Virus record (IMG/VR): IMGVR_UViG_3300045988_087611 | DNA length: 61,953 bases | DNA from: a virus | Direction: 5' to 3' (one strand) | Shown: piece by piece, positions 27,701 to 36,273 of the stretch | Layout: every line of letters begins with the position of its first letter | How positions within the stretch are numbered: position 1 is the first letter of the stretch | Translations under genes and position numbers: made by a program | The notes under the pieces: model-generated | Database searches by the model: none | The model's input: only the letters and a program-made list of their open reading frames with translations | Told to the model about the DNA's origin: nothing

Positions 27701-28147
27701 TTCACCGGGGCAAGCCCGGGGGATGATATGAGAACCGGCGGAAGCGACAGCGTCTTCACCCGGATAGGCGTCAAAATGAAGAGCGGCGATCAGCCCCGCT
27801 TCGATGACAGCTATCTCGGTGGTTATTACCGGGTCATCATCGACCCGAAGGAGCTGGAGCGCACCGACTGGTACGCATACACCTTCGACAACTTCGGCAC
27901 CACGGATGAAGGGGAGCTCCTTGGCCGGAAAAGGGCCCTGGAATTCATTGATTATTTGGCTACCAGTTGGAAGGCAAGCAACGAGGTCATGTTCCGGCAC
28001 GGCATACCGAAGGAGCACTTCACCGGGATCATGTGCCCCAATGAGGCGAGGCGGGCCGACCTCCTAAAACAGTTGAAGGACGCGGGCATCACCGAGGTAA
28101 ACGGGGTTCCGATTGAAGATTTCGTGAAAGTGGGGAATGAGATATGA
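24728..28147 (+). CDS. Giant MuF/SPP1-gp7-family head protein fused to a HipA/PI3-4-kinase-like domain, a HeH (Rho-N/SAP-like) motif and an unassigned ~400-aa C-terminal domain
   Basis: MuF core ...VKRVWSTAYDDGVCEICSALEG...PPAHPRCRCAV. Pro-rich linker. Kinase-like LGGTGEMHLY / EWLFKP / LGNYDSHGGNFV / LVGIDKEQSF. HeH MNVAELKQLAKQKGIPYYNKFNKKELIEAI. Confidence 0.8.
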   Translation: MRKLAVMKRARVRPILKAKKSQGAQDVLDRLNAFLNAAEPEPVYWLTRLWNDQQQAVTYKELREAIQQGYIDEKTLAAWQADYANFVNEHLKGIWQDAAKAANAALEAQHPDFFYDPMGEGIQNWTATHGAEWVTNISDDQREAITSMIDRATTGAWTGDELARAIRPLIGLTKPQALANLNYYEHLKATLLANNPTMKEATAAKAARDAAAKYAAKQHRQRAYTIATTELAYAYNKGADDGIIQAQQQGFIGKVKRVWSTAYDDGVCEICSALEGQEIDMDGEFDFKGKSLYAGQKKTPPAHPRCRCAVEYREVEPPEVEQQEPEQPPTTWGDPPEQDLPEPPSPVAAPSIPIPSGMTYQGKPNLGGTGEMHLYRDGAGQEWLFKPAQTKSGSPEAFRAYVQEAGYKVQYIVDPDTAVPVGVGELGGKFGAFQKRITTIGSATDYKAWQHSGGHLPDGSAQQFQREHVTDWLLGNYDSHGGNFVTDSSGRLVGIDKEQSFKYIGKDGAQAMSYAFHPNKSYGETEPIYNTIYRRFAKGELDLDLQDTLAYIKRVEAIPDSEYREIFRDYAEALHGKGKEAEALLDAIVERKDNLRETYRAFYSDLLTERTGRKQIFTWADEVAQQAKQPLAAVTHSADALKKMNVAELKQLAKQKGIPYYNKFNKKELIEAISDPVKAVEISAKTKAKLLNLEATRPERLGRTTEKPPRPPRTGAVDAGDLFQDFGQIPPQRIGVAVSSDEGMVEGLNLTARKVNLDGQDVYEITGKLAESTWSQTWDTLKKQSKVKQLTFEQADDTLALLASRPINMHGVEIKARTMEDSGGTFQLYVHNGSQQYNAWKGFFRLRVPATGNGAADAKAAKNLLDRAGLSGLASTPTAEAEAIFKKSRLLWQHAPGRMKELKGLQGGALESTLNTILQEEGIDPGRAEHMVMRKVFDGYQTLVEEGISAEYQKAGLKYLWAGVRRPEALVGILNGKGFMSTNTRCLYGMDFTGASPGDDMRTGGSDSVFTRIGVKMKSGDQPRFDDSYLGGYYRVIIDPKELERTDWYAYTFDNFGTTDEGELLGRKRALEFIDYLATSWKASNEVMFRHGIPKEHFTGIMCPNEARRADLLKQLKDAGITEVNGVPIEDFVKVGNEI

Positions 28148-28509
28148 GCATTGACCGCCGCAAAGCCTATTACTACCGCTGGACGGGAGAACCGAAGTTC
28201 TCCGGCATCGCCGTAGATGTCCATGTCCACACCGGGACGGGCGGGAAAGAGCTCCGCTTCATTTCCCCGCCAGAGCGGCCCCATTCCCAGCCCGGCGCCG
28301 TGCTCCGGGAGACCGCCGGCGGCTTCGTCTTCCGCAGCGACGGTTTCATGCCCGGGGAATGGGTATTCAAAGAGCTTACCATCGAGGAGTTCCGCCGCTG
28401 GATTGCAAAGCGCGTCGGGATGGGAGAGGCCATCGCCTCCAAAATCACGACCACCGATGACCTTCACGAGTGGTATCGGAAGACCTTCCACTTCCCAACT
28501 GAAGACTGA
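28144..28509 (+). CDS. Hypothetical protein, translationally coupled to the MuF fusion
   Basis: ATGA overlap with the MuF gene stop. 121 aa. Confidence 0.5.
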   Translation: MSIDRRKAYYYRWTGEPKFSGIAVDVHVHTGTGGKELRFISPPERPHSQPGAVLRETAGGFVFRSDGFMPGEWVFKELTIEEFRRWIAKRVGMGEAIASKITTTDDLHEWYRKTFHFPTED

Positions 28510-28567
28510 CCCGGGGGCGGGGCGCTACGGCGCTTCGCCCCCTTCGCATTGAGAGGAGTGATGCAAA

Positions 28568-29029
28568 ATGTTCACATTCAATGAGCTGGCCGGCCGGCAG
28601 CCCGCCGACGTGAAAAAGACCGCCGGCACCATCACCGGCCGGTTTTCCATCAAAAAGGCCGACGAGGATAAACACCTGGCCTTCGGGTGGGCCTATGTGT
28701 CCCAGGATGAAGAGGGGCAGCAGACTGAAGATTGGTCTGGCGACCAACTGGAGCCGTCCGAGTTGGAGCAGGCGGCCTATGGGTTCGTGGAGCTCTACCG
28801 TGAAGGCGGAGAGATGCATGAAAGGGGCGGCTGCGCCGTCCTGGTGGAGAGTATGGTCTTCACCGCAGAGAAACAGGCCGCCCTTGGAATCCCGGAGGGC
28901 ACTCTCCCCGTCGGCTGGTGGATCGGCTTTAAGGTCACCGACGAGGATGTGTGGGCCAAGGTAAAGGACGGCACCTACCCCATGTTCTCCATTGAAGGCA
29001 CAGCCATCCGAGAGGAAACCGAAGAATAA
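28568..29029 (+). CDS. XkdF-like protein (putative prohead protease family S78_2)
   Basis: KKADEDKHLAFGWAYV...GEMHE...VESMVF...GWWIGFKVTDEDVWAKVKDGTYPMFSIEG matches the XkdF pattern. Confidence 0.75.
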   Translation: MFTFNELAGRQPADVKKTAGTITGRFSIKKADEDKHLAFGWAYVSQDEEGQQTEDWSGDQLEPSELEQAAYGFVELYREGGEMHERGGCAVLVESMVFTAEKQAALGIPEGTLPVGWWIGFKVTDEDVWAKVKDGTYPMFSIEGTAIREETEE

Positions 29030-29140
29030 GCGTGGTATCTTCCAAAACGGAAAGAACCACCCACATGAGATAAGCCGGTGGGCAGCGGACAACCGCTGTC
29101 CACCTGTTTATATACACGCCCAAGAAAGGAGGAAAGCAGC

Positions 29141-30340
29141 GTGCCCACAAAACTGAAGGGCCTGGAAGTGACGAAGGTAGACTTTGTTGATGCCGGGGAC
29201 AACAAGCGGGCCGATGTCGTTCTGTTCAAGCGAAAGGACGGAGAGGCCCAGGAGCCCACCCACCAGGAGGAGCCCCAGGGGGTGGTGAAGCGCCTGCTCA
29301 CCAGGATTGCCAAGGCCGTCGGCCTTACCGATGCCGAAGTGGACGAAGCGGTGACCGCCATCCAGAAAGATGCCGTCACCTTTGACGAGAAGGTGGCACA
29401 GAGGCAGCGCCGGAAGACAGCGGATGAAATCTGGGATTTCTGCTGGATGCTCCAGGATAGCCTTTGCTCTATCTTCTGGGACGAGGCCCTCACCGACACC
29501 GAGAAGCAATCCAAAATGAATGAGAGCCTCACCGAGTTTACCACGGCAACCCAGGGAGCTATCCCCAAATGGGCTGGAGGTGTCCCCAGCGTAATCGCCA
29601 AGTCCGCCATGCCCGAACTTACCCCAGAGCGCCTGGCGTTTGCCAAGCAGACCCGCGACCGCCTCAACGACATGATCGCCAAGGCGGAAGACCCAGAGCC
29701 GGCCAATGAGCCGGAGCCCACTAATCCGAAATCCGAGAAAGGAGAACCTGAAGACATGAAGATTGACAAGAGCAAGCTGACCGCCGAGGAGCTGGCCGCC
29801 CTCGATGCTATCGAGAAGAAGGCCGGCATTCCCGACGAGCCCCCCGCCGCCCAGCCCACCGGGGAGCCCGCGCCCACCACAAAGGCCGCCCCCGCCGCCG
29901 AGCCCCAGGAGGGCGACGAGGACATCTACAAGGGCCTGCATCCCGCTGTGAAGGCCGAGCTGGAGCGGCTGCGCAAGGCCGCCGATGCCGCCGAGGAGCG
30001 GGAGCTCCAGGAGGTTGCCAAGAAGTATGAGATCATCGGCAAGAAGGCCGAGGAGCTGGTGCCCACACTGAAGAGCCTGAAGGCCGCCGGCGGAGACGCC
30101 TACAACCAGATGATCGCCGTGCTGGACGCCAGCGTGGCTGCCGTGGAGAAGTCCGGCCTCTTTTCCGAGGTAGGTAAGTCCGGCGGTGCTGGTACTACCA
30201 GCGGCGGTGCCTGGGCCGAGATCGAGAAGCACGCCGAGGCTATTCAGAAGGCCGCACCCACCATGACCTGGGCCCAGGCCGTGGATAAGGCGTGTGAGCA
30301 GCACCCCGACCTCGTGCATGAGTACGAGAGCGGACGATAA
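29141..30340 (+). CDS. Scaffolding protein
   Basis: GTG at 29141 after AAAGGAGGAAA. Acidic, helical and Ala/Glu-rich. Located between the protease-like gene and the capsid genes. Confidence 0.55.
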   Translation: MPTKLKGLEVTKVDFVDAGDNKRADVVLFKRKDGEAQEPTHQEEPQGVVKRLLTRIAKAVGLTDAEVDEAVTAIQKDAVTFDEKVAQRQRRKTADEIWDFCWMLQDSLCSIFWDEALTDTEKQSKMNESLTEFTTATQGAIPKWAGGVPSVIAKSAMPELTPERLAFAKQTRDRLNDMIAKAEDPEPANEPEPTNPKSEKGEPEDMKIDKSKLTAEELAALDAIEKKAGIPDEPPAAQPTGEPAPTTKAAPAAEPQEGDEDIYKGLHPAVKAELERLRKAADAAEERELQEVAKKYEIIGKKAEELVPTLKSLKAAGGDAYNQMIAVLDASVAAVEKSGLFSEVGKSGGAGTTSGGAWAEIEKHAEAIQKAAPTMTWAQAVDKACEQHPDLVHEYESGR

Positions 30341-30356
30341 GAGAGGAGGAACGATT

Positions 30357-30761
30357 ATGAGCTACTTCGGTTCCATCATCAATAACAGTGCAACCATCAT
30401 CGCCAAAGCATCCGCCAAGATTACCGACGGCGCCTTCCTGGCCGCCACGCTCACCGAGAACGGTGTAGCGGTAGCCAAAGCCAGCGAGACCCCTATCGGC
30501 ATCATGGTCGCCGAGACTGGCACCGTTGAGGCCGGCGAGGAGGTCACCATCCAGGTCAAGGACATTGGGCTGGCAAAGGTCGGCGCCGCTGTGAACGCCG
30601 GCGACATTCTGGCCGCCGATGCCAACGGCAAACTGATTAAGGCCACCAATGGCGCCTTTGCTGTTGCGGTTGCCCTGGACACGGCCACCGCCGCTGACCA
30701 GGTCATCCAGGTACAGATCAGCAAGCCCGGCTTTACCGCTGCCGCCGGAGTAGGCGGCTGA
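30357..30761 (+). CDS. DUF2190-like head decoration/cement protein
   Basis: ATG at 30357 after GAGAGGAGGA. Gly/Ala/Val-rich beta protein immediately upstream of the major capsid gene. Confidence 0.55.
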   Translation: MSYFGSIINNSATIIAKASAKITDGAFLAATLTENGVAVAKASETPIGIMVAETGTVEAGEEVTIQVKDIGLAKVGAAVNAGDILAADANGKLIKATNGAFAVAVALDTATAADQVIQVQISKPGFTAAAGVGG

Positions 30762-30781
30762 GAGAAAGGAGATAGCAAACC

Positions 30782-31810
30782 ATGAACATGAACGGCAGAA
30801 GCACCACCGCAGGCATCCAGGCCGACATCGCCAAGGGCTGGAAGCCGAACAATTACCTCACCAATATGTCTATGGCCTATTTCGCCCAGGCGGGCGACTA
30901 TGTGGCCCCCAGCATCTTCCCCATCTGCCCTGTGCCCCTGGCCTCCAGCTACTACTACAAGTTCAGCAAGGGCGACCTGGCCCGGGACAACGTGCGGCGC
31001 AAGCCCCCCTACGGCAAGGTAACTCCCGCCATCATGGGGCAGACGGACGACACCTACAAGTGCGAAGTGGATCAGATTATCGTGGGCATCGACCAGATCG
31101 AGGCCCTCAACTTCCAGCGCAGCCGCGCCCCCGGTGTGGCTGACCCCCGCCGGGCCAAGGTTCGTTTTGCATCCGAGCAGATGCTCATCCACCTGGACAT
31201 CCTGTTTGCCAGCGGCTTTTTCAAGGCCGGTGTGTGGGGTCAGGAGTGGGCAGGCGTCACCTCCAGCGCCTCCGGCAAGCAGTTCCTGAAGTTCTCTGAT
31301 GCCAACTTTGACCCTGTCCACTTCTTTGACGAGCGGATCAAGGACATCAAGCAGAGCGGCCGCCGGAAGCCCAACCGTCTGGCCCTCGGCTATGACGCCT
31401 ATCTGGCTCTGAAGAACCACCCCGATCTGCTGGAGCGGGTGAAGTACACCGGCACCACCGCCAACCCCGCCAATGTGACCCCCGCCGTCCTGGCGCAGCT
31501 CTTTGGCGTTGAGCAGGTCAAGGTTCTGGAGAGCACCTATAACGCCGGTGGCATCGGCGAGGAGAATATGCAGTTTATCTGCGACAGCAAGGGCGCTCTC
31601 CTCTGCTATGCCACTCCCAGCCCCGCCATTGACGAGCCGTCCGCCGGCTACATCTTCACCTGGGATATGCTGGGCAACGGAGCCTGGACGGCCTTCGACC
31701 AGTTCGAGGGGGAGAACGGCACTCACAGCGAGTTTGTGGAGGGCCTCATGTCCACCGATATGCGTAAGACCGCCGATGACCTGGCGATCTACATGAAGGA
31801 CTGTGTGTGA
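30782..31810 (+). CDS. Major capsid protein (lambda gpE-like family)
   Basis: 342 aa. Assigned by position after the scaffold and decoration genes, plus the N-terminal YLTNMSMAYFAQ..YVAPSIFP pattern. Confidence 0.75.
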   Translation: MNMNGRSTTAGIQADIAKGWKPNNYLTNMSMAYFAQAGDYVAPSIFPICPVPLASSYYYKFSKGDLARDNVRRKPPYGKVTPAIMGQTDDTYKCEVDQIIVGIDQIEALNFQRSRAPGVADPRRAKVRFASEQMLIHLDILFASGFFKAGVWGQEWAGVTSSASGKQFLKFSDANFDPVHFFDERIKDIKQSGRRKPNRLALGYDAYLALKNHPDLLERVKYTGTTANPANVTPAVLAQLFGVEQVKVLESTYNAGGIGEENMQFICDSKGALLCYATPSPAIDEPSAGYIFTWDMLGNGAWTAFDQFEGENGTHSEFVEGLMSTDMRKTADDLAIYMKDCV

Positions 31811-31824
31811 GAAAGGAGGCCCCT

Positions 31825-32274
31825 ATGAGCGATTTTATTTGCACCAAGGGGCTCACCCTGGGCGGCGTTGACTATACCCCCGGCCAGACAATCCCGGCCG
31901 GGGCCGTCCTTCCCTCCCGTGTCCGCGCCTTGGCACGCCAGGGCTACATCACACAGGTGGATGATACGCCAAAGGGCCAGAGTGAGCCCCCTGCGGAGCC
32001 GCTGACACCGACTATGGAGCCTGGCCCCATCACTATCCCCCTCACTGTTGACGGTGGTGTGTACGAGGTCGTGGCGACCCCGGAGGACATCATCACGACC
32101 GCCGGCATTCTTCAGCTCACAGTCGAGGAAGCCAAGCCGGCCATCGAAGGCATTGACAGTGAGGAGGCGCTGATCCTGATTAACGCTCTGGACAGCCGGA
32201 AAGGCATCAAAGAAGCCGCCCGGGCCAGAGCGGAAGCCTTGGATGATGCGCAGGGAGGCGGAGGTGGCGCCTGA
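31825..32274 (+). CDS. Hypothetical head-associated protein
   Basis: ATG at 31825 after GAAAGGAGG. Confidence 0.45.
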   Translation: MSDFICTKGLTLGGVDYTPGQTIPAGAVLPSRVRALARQGYITQVDDTPKGQSEPPAEPLTPTMEPGPITIPLTVDGGVYEVVATPEDIITTAGILQLTVEEAKPAIEGIDSEEALILINALDSRKGIKEAARARAEALDDAQGGGGGA

Positions 32275-32705
32275 TGTCCACCTACACTTACGAGCCAGAC
32301 CACATCAAAGAGAATGGGAAAGACCGGATGCGCTTTGAGCTTGGCGATACGATGGTGGAGGGCGGTATGGAAACCTGTGCCTTGTGCGACGAGGAGTACA
32401 CAGCCGCCCTTTCCATTTACCCAAATAGCTGGCGCCGGGCCAAGTTGGCGCTTCTGGAGAGCGTCGTCCGCCGCTTTTCCTACGAGGTTGACACAAAGGT
32501 GGGCCCCCTGTCCCTCTCCCTGCGGCAGAGGGCGGAGGCGTGGAAAGCTATGTACGACGACCTAAAGGCCGAATGTGCTGCCATGGGAGCCCCGAGCGCG
32601 AATCCCAAGGCGCTTTCCCGCCCGCCCTATTTCTACGAAGGGATGCACGATAACCGGGAAATGGGCTCCACCAGAGGGAAACGAGGTGGGCACCTTGTAC
32701 CTTAG
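32274..32705 (+). CDS. Head-tail connector (gp6-like) protein
   Basis: Assigned by position and size. ATGA-type coupling. Confidence 0.45.
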   Translation: MSTYTYEPDHIKENGKDRMRFELGDTMVEGGMETCALCDEEYTAALSIYPNSWRRAKLALLESVVRRFSYEVDTKVGPLSLSLRQRAEAWKAMYDDLKAECAAMGAPSANPKALSRPPYFYEGMHDNREMGSTRGKRGGHLVP

Positions 32706-33051
32706 GCCGGGAAACCTTTTCAAAGATTTCTGGGTAGAAAAGCGCATCACCGGGAAGACCAGCCGGGGCCGAAAAACAGCGGCATTCCAGTCTGAAGGAG
32801 CCCCACACCTCCTGGCCGTCTTGGCAGAGGCCAAGCCAGAGGAGATAGAGCGGTTCCGCCAGCAGAACGCACATCCTATCACTCACACCATCACCCAGCG
32901 CGGGCGGCCTAAGGCGGGGCCAGAAGACCGCCTCGTGTACCAAGGGCGCTATTTCTATATTCAGGGCGTTGATTGCCCTGGAGATTTGGGCCTCTGGACG
33001 ATTTATTATGCGGAGGAAAGGAGCGATGTCGATGGAGATCAACCTGGATGA
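32686..33051 (+). CDS. Head closure / head-tail adaptor protein
   Basis: GTG at 32686 (or TTG at 32695). The pattern ...HTITQRG....RLVYQGRYFYIQGV resembles SPP1 gp16-type proteins. Confidence 0.5.
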   Translation: MGTLYLRPGNLFKDFWVEKRITGKTSRGRKTAAFQSEGAPHLLAVLAEAKPEEIERFRQQNAHPITHTITQRGRPKAGPEDRLVYQGRYFYIQGVDCPGDLGLWTIYYAEERSDVDGDQPG

Positions 33052-33457
33052 TACCGTGGCCGGCATCGTGGGCCAAGTGACGGCGCAAGCAAAATCCAGG
33101 GGCTTCCGGGCGGCCAACGAGCTGAGAAACGCGGCCCTCCAGGTGCTCCGTGGACAGCGTAGCGGCCGTATTTATAAGCGGCCGCACTCCAGCAGTACCT
33201 ATACGGCTTCTGCACCCGGAGAGCCGCCGGCCGTGAGAACCGGCGGCCTCCGGGTGAGCTGGAAGCAGCAGGCAAGATCAGAAAAGGACGGGAAGACAGT
33301 CAAAATCCGGCCGGCTATCTGGACGGATAAGAAGTATGCCCCTATTCTCCAAGAGGGCACCCACAAAATGGCACCCAGGCCATTTGAAGAGCCTATCATC
33401 GAAAAGGCAAAACCGAAGGTTATGACGATATTCGGCCAGCCTTACAACCACACCTGA
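33026..33457 (+). CDS. HK97 gp10-family tail-completion protein
   Basis: ASAPGEPPAVRTGGLRVSW matches the gp10-family signature. Confidence 0.7.
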   Translation: MSMEINLDDTVAGIVGQVTAQAKSRGFRAANELRNAALQVLRGQRSGRIYKRPHSSSTYTASAPGEPPAVRTGGLRVSWKQQARSEKDGKTVKIRPAIWTDKKYAPILQEGTHKMAPRPFEEPIIEKAKPKVMTIFGQPYNHT

Positions 33458-33474
33458 AGGAAAGGAGGAGCGAA

Positions 33475-33750
33475 ATGCCGCTGATTAAAGAAAGTTCCGT
33501 GAAGTCATTTGACTTGGAGGCCGTACACATTGGGGATTTGGTGCGAGCACAATACCATACATGGCCGGAGCCCAGAAATGGCATCATTGCCGCTGCCTCC
33601 GAGTTGGAGCTGGTTGTCCTCTATCTTCCGGGGCTGCGGAACGTGTCAAACTACTTCCCCATCAAAGCGGCCGAAGTTGCGGATGGAAAATGGACGCTCC
33701 TGTGGTCAGAAGACCTGAAGGACATCCAGGAGGAGGGCACGGAGCTGTGA
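33475..33750 (+). CDS. Hypothetical neck protein
   Basis: 91-aa ORF with RBS GGAGGAG. Confidence 0.4.
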   Translation: MPLIKESSVKSFDLEAVHIGDLVRAQYHTWPEPRNGIIAAASELELVVLYLPGLRNVSNYFPIKAAEVADGKWTLLWSEDLKDIQEEGTEL

Positions 33751-34610
33751 CACTGGAAGATCTGATTTATTCCCGCCTAACAGGGACGGAAGCTCTGGCG
33801 GCAAAACTGGCAAAGTGGGATGGGGAGCCCGCTGTGTTTTACCAGACCACTCCTGGGGACACAGCGGAGGGCTGGGGCGGCAAGTCTCAATATCCCCGCA
33901 TCGACTACATCGTTGACATGCAGAGCAATCCAGAGCGCCACGCCGAGGGAAAGCTCACAGTCAATATCTGGTGCAGTGAGAATGTGGAGCCACCGGAGAA
34001 CCTAGAGCCGGAAGTCAGAACCGCCCTGCGCGACATTTTCCTTCAGCCAGACGGAACCCCGCCTTTCAGCCTGTCGTGGGCAAGCTCTGACGCATTCCAG
34101 GCCCAGCGCAGCGACGAAGCTCTGGTAAACGGTATCACCGTCCTGTTTGACCTATTCGCCTTCCCGTCCCATGAAACCACAGACCCAGATCCGGTGCTTG
34201 CCATCAATGAGTATGTTAAGAATTGGGCCCCCGGTGCTCTTGTCATTGGGCGGGACACCCTGGCCCCCTTCAACACTGCCACAGAGCAGAAACCCATTTT
34301 CTACTTTCGTATTTTATCCCTGTCCCTATATCGGGAAACGAACACCGTCGCATGGATGAATGGAGTGCTGATAGGACATATCTTCGCACCGGAGGCGGTG
34401 CAGATAGAGTGGCTGAAGGCATTGGTGGACACCTTGGCCTTGGACGGCGAGGTGATTATGCTGGATAAGTCCCCTATGTTCCTCACCAATATCAAGGCCG
34501 ACAGCAGCGCGTCTGCACTTGCGGCGGGGCAGCTCCAGCTTTCCGTCCGGTTCGGCCTGCTGCGCCGGAAACCCTATGCACATCCCCTTATGCACACTTA
34601 CCACCCGTGA
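33747..34610 (+). CDS. Putative tail terminator/neck protein
   Basis: GTGA overlap start. Located immediately before the sheath operon. Assigned by position only. Confidence 0.35.
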   Translation: MTLEDLIYSRLTGTEALAAKLAKWDGEPAVFYQTTPGDTAEGWGGKSQYPRIDYIVDMQSNPERHAEGKLTVNIWCSENVEPPENLEPEVRTALRDIFLQPDGTPPFSLSWASSDAFQAQRSDEALVNGITVLFDLFAFPSHETTDPDPVLAINEYVKNWAPGALVIGRDTLAPFNTATEQKPIFYFRILSLSLYRETNTVAWMNGVLIGHIFAPEAVQIEWLKALVDTLALDGEVIMLDKSPMFLTNIKADSSASALAAGQLQLSVRFGLLRRKPYAHPLMHTYHP

Positions 34611-34625
34611 GAAAGGAGGGTCAAT

Positions 34626-34835
34626 ATGGCCCAGAAAACCGCAGCGAAAGCTGCTGGCACCGCGGCACCTGAAGCGGAGTATTCCGCCAAGGAGCTCGTT
34701 TCCGCAGCCCGATCCAAATTTGGGGTGTCGCCCGATATTATGGCGGCAGCCTTGAAGACAGCCGGCCTCACCAGGGCTTCCAAGTCCCAGGCGAAAAAGC
34801 TGGCTGAAGATTTTGCGAAGAAGGAGGTCAAATAA
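34626..34835 (+). CDS. Small Ala/Lys-rich protein
   Basis: 69-aa ORF between the neck and sheath genes. Confidence 0.4.
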   Translation: MAQKTAAKAAGTAAPEAEYSAKELVSAARSKFGVSPDIMAAALKTAGLTRASKSQAKKLAEDFAKKEVK

Positions 34836-34837
34836 TC

Positions 34838-36256
34838 ATGGCCGGAACATTTACCATTGGCGAAACCAAAACCCGCCCCGGCATTTACCACCGCTATGAG
34901 AACGCCGGCGGCGTTTCGATTGCCGGTGCCATCAACGGCATCGGCGCCGGCGTGATCCAGGCCAACTGGGGCCCGCTGAATCAGGCAATCGAGATGGAGC
35001 CCAGCACCAAGGTCAATCAGATTTTCGGTTCTGGAAAGACGGAAGACCTGATTACCAAGATGTTCGACGGAGGCATCACCTCTGGATTCTTCGTCCGCGC
35101 CGGCACCGGGGGTACGGTTCCCAGCGTCAAGCTGAAGAATAACTCGGAAACGGACGCAGGCACCCTTACGGGAGCCTATGTCGGTGACCGCAAGTTTACC
35201 GTCACCATTCGGGACAGCCTCACCACGGACGACCGGGAGTGCATCATCTATGACGGTACGACCGAGTTCCTGAAGGTATCCTTCCCCTCCGGCGAGGGAG
35301 AGCCCAAGGCGCTGAAGGAGGCGCTGGCTGCCAAGACGAAGGATTTTATCTTCACTCCGGAGGACAGCGTGAATGGCCCGCTGAAGGATGTGCTCCAGGA
35401 GGTCATTACCCCCGGCACCAATCCCACGGCCTCCACGACGGAGTACAGTGCGGCGTTTGACGCACTGGAGCCCTACGTCTGGAATGTGCTGTGCGTAGAC
35501 ACCGAGGACACCGCTATTCATACTCTGATGGCAACCTACCTCAACCGCATTTATGAGGCGGGGGCCTACCCCATGGGCTGTGTCGCACCCAAGACCAGCA
35601 CCGCCCTCGACACCCGCATGACAAACGCGGCTGCATTCAACGACCCCAAGATGCACTATGTCCTCAACTCCGCCAAGGACGCCAGCGGGAACGTCTATGA
35701 GGGCTACAAGCTGGCCGCCCGGGTCGGCGGCATGATTGCGGCCATTGCATCCAACCAGAGCCTCACTCACGAGGTGCTGTCTGGTATGACCGACCTGGTG
35801 GAATCCCTCACCAACACCCAGATTATCAATGCGCTGAAGAAGGGCTGTATCGTCCTCACCAAGAACGAGAGCGGTCAGGTTCAGATCGAGCAGGGAATCA
35901 ACACCCTTATCACCCCCAACGGGGAGCAGGACGAGGGCTGGAAGAAGATCCGCCGTGTCAAGACCCGCTTTGAGCTGATGCAGCGCGTGGACGACACCAC
36001 CGAGAAGCTGGTGGGCAAGGTAGATAATGACACTGATGGCCGGGCGACCGTGATTGCCGCCGGCAACGGTGTCATTAAGACCATGATCGGAGAGAAGAAG
36101 CTCCTGGATGGGACGAAGATGCTGGAAGATGACAGCAACCCGGCCCAGGGAGACAGCGCCTGGTTCGTCTTTGAGGTCTACGACAAGGACAGCATGGAGA
36201 AGGCGTACATGACCTACCGGTTCCGGTTCGCGGCCGATACCAGCGGAGCCGAGTAA
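34838..36256 (+). CDS. Tail sheath protein (XkdK-like)
   Basis: 472 aa. N-terminus GTFTIGETKTRPGIYHRYENAG is typical of sheath proteins. Followed by the tube gene. Confidence 0.85.
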   Translation: MAGTFTIGETKTRPGIYHRYENAGGVSIAGAINGIGAGVIQANWGPLNQAIEMEPSTKVNQIFGSGKTEDLITKMFDGGITSGFFVRAGTGGTVPSVKLKNNSETDAGTLTGAYVGDRKFTVTIRDSLTTDDRECIIYDGTTEFLKVSFPSGEGEPKALKEALAAKTKDFIFTPEDSVNGPLKDVLQEVITPGTNPTASTTEYSAAFDALEPYVWNVLCVDTEDTAIHTLMATYLNRIYEAGAYPMGCVAPKTSTALDTRMTNAAAFNDPKMHYVLNSAKDASGNVYEGYKLAARVGGMIAAIASNQSLTHEVLSGMTDLVESLTNTQIINALKKGCIVLTKNESGQVQIEQGINTLITPNGEQDEGWKKIRRVKTRFELMQRVDDTTEKLVGKVDNDTDGRATVIAAGNGVIKTMIGEKKLLDGTKMLEDDSNPAQGDSAWFVFEVYDKDSMEKAYMTYRFRFAADTSGAE

Positions 36257-36273
36257 GAGAGGAGTGAGAAGCG

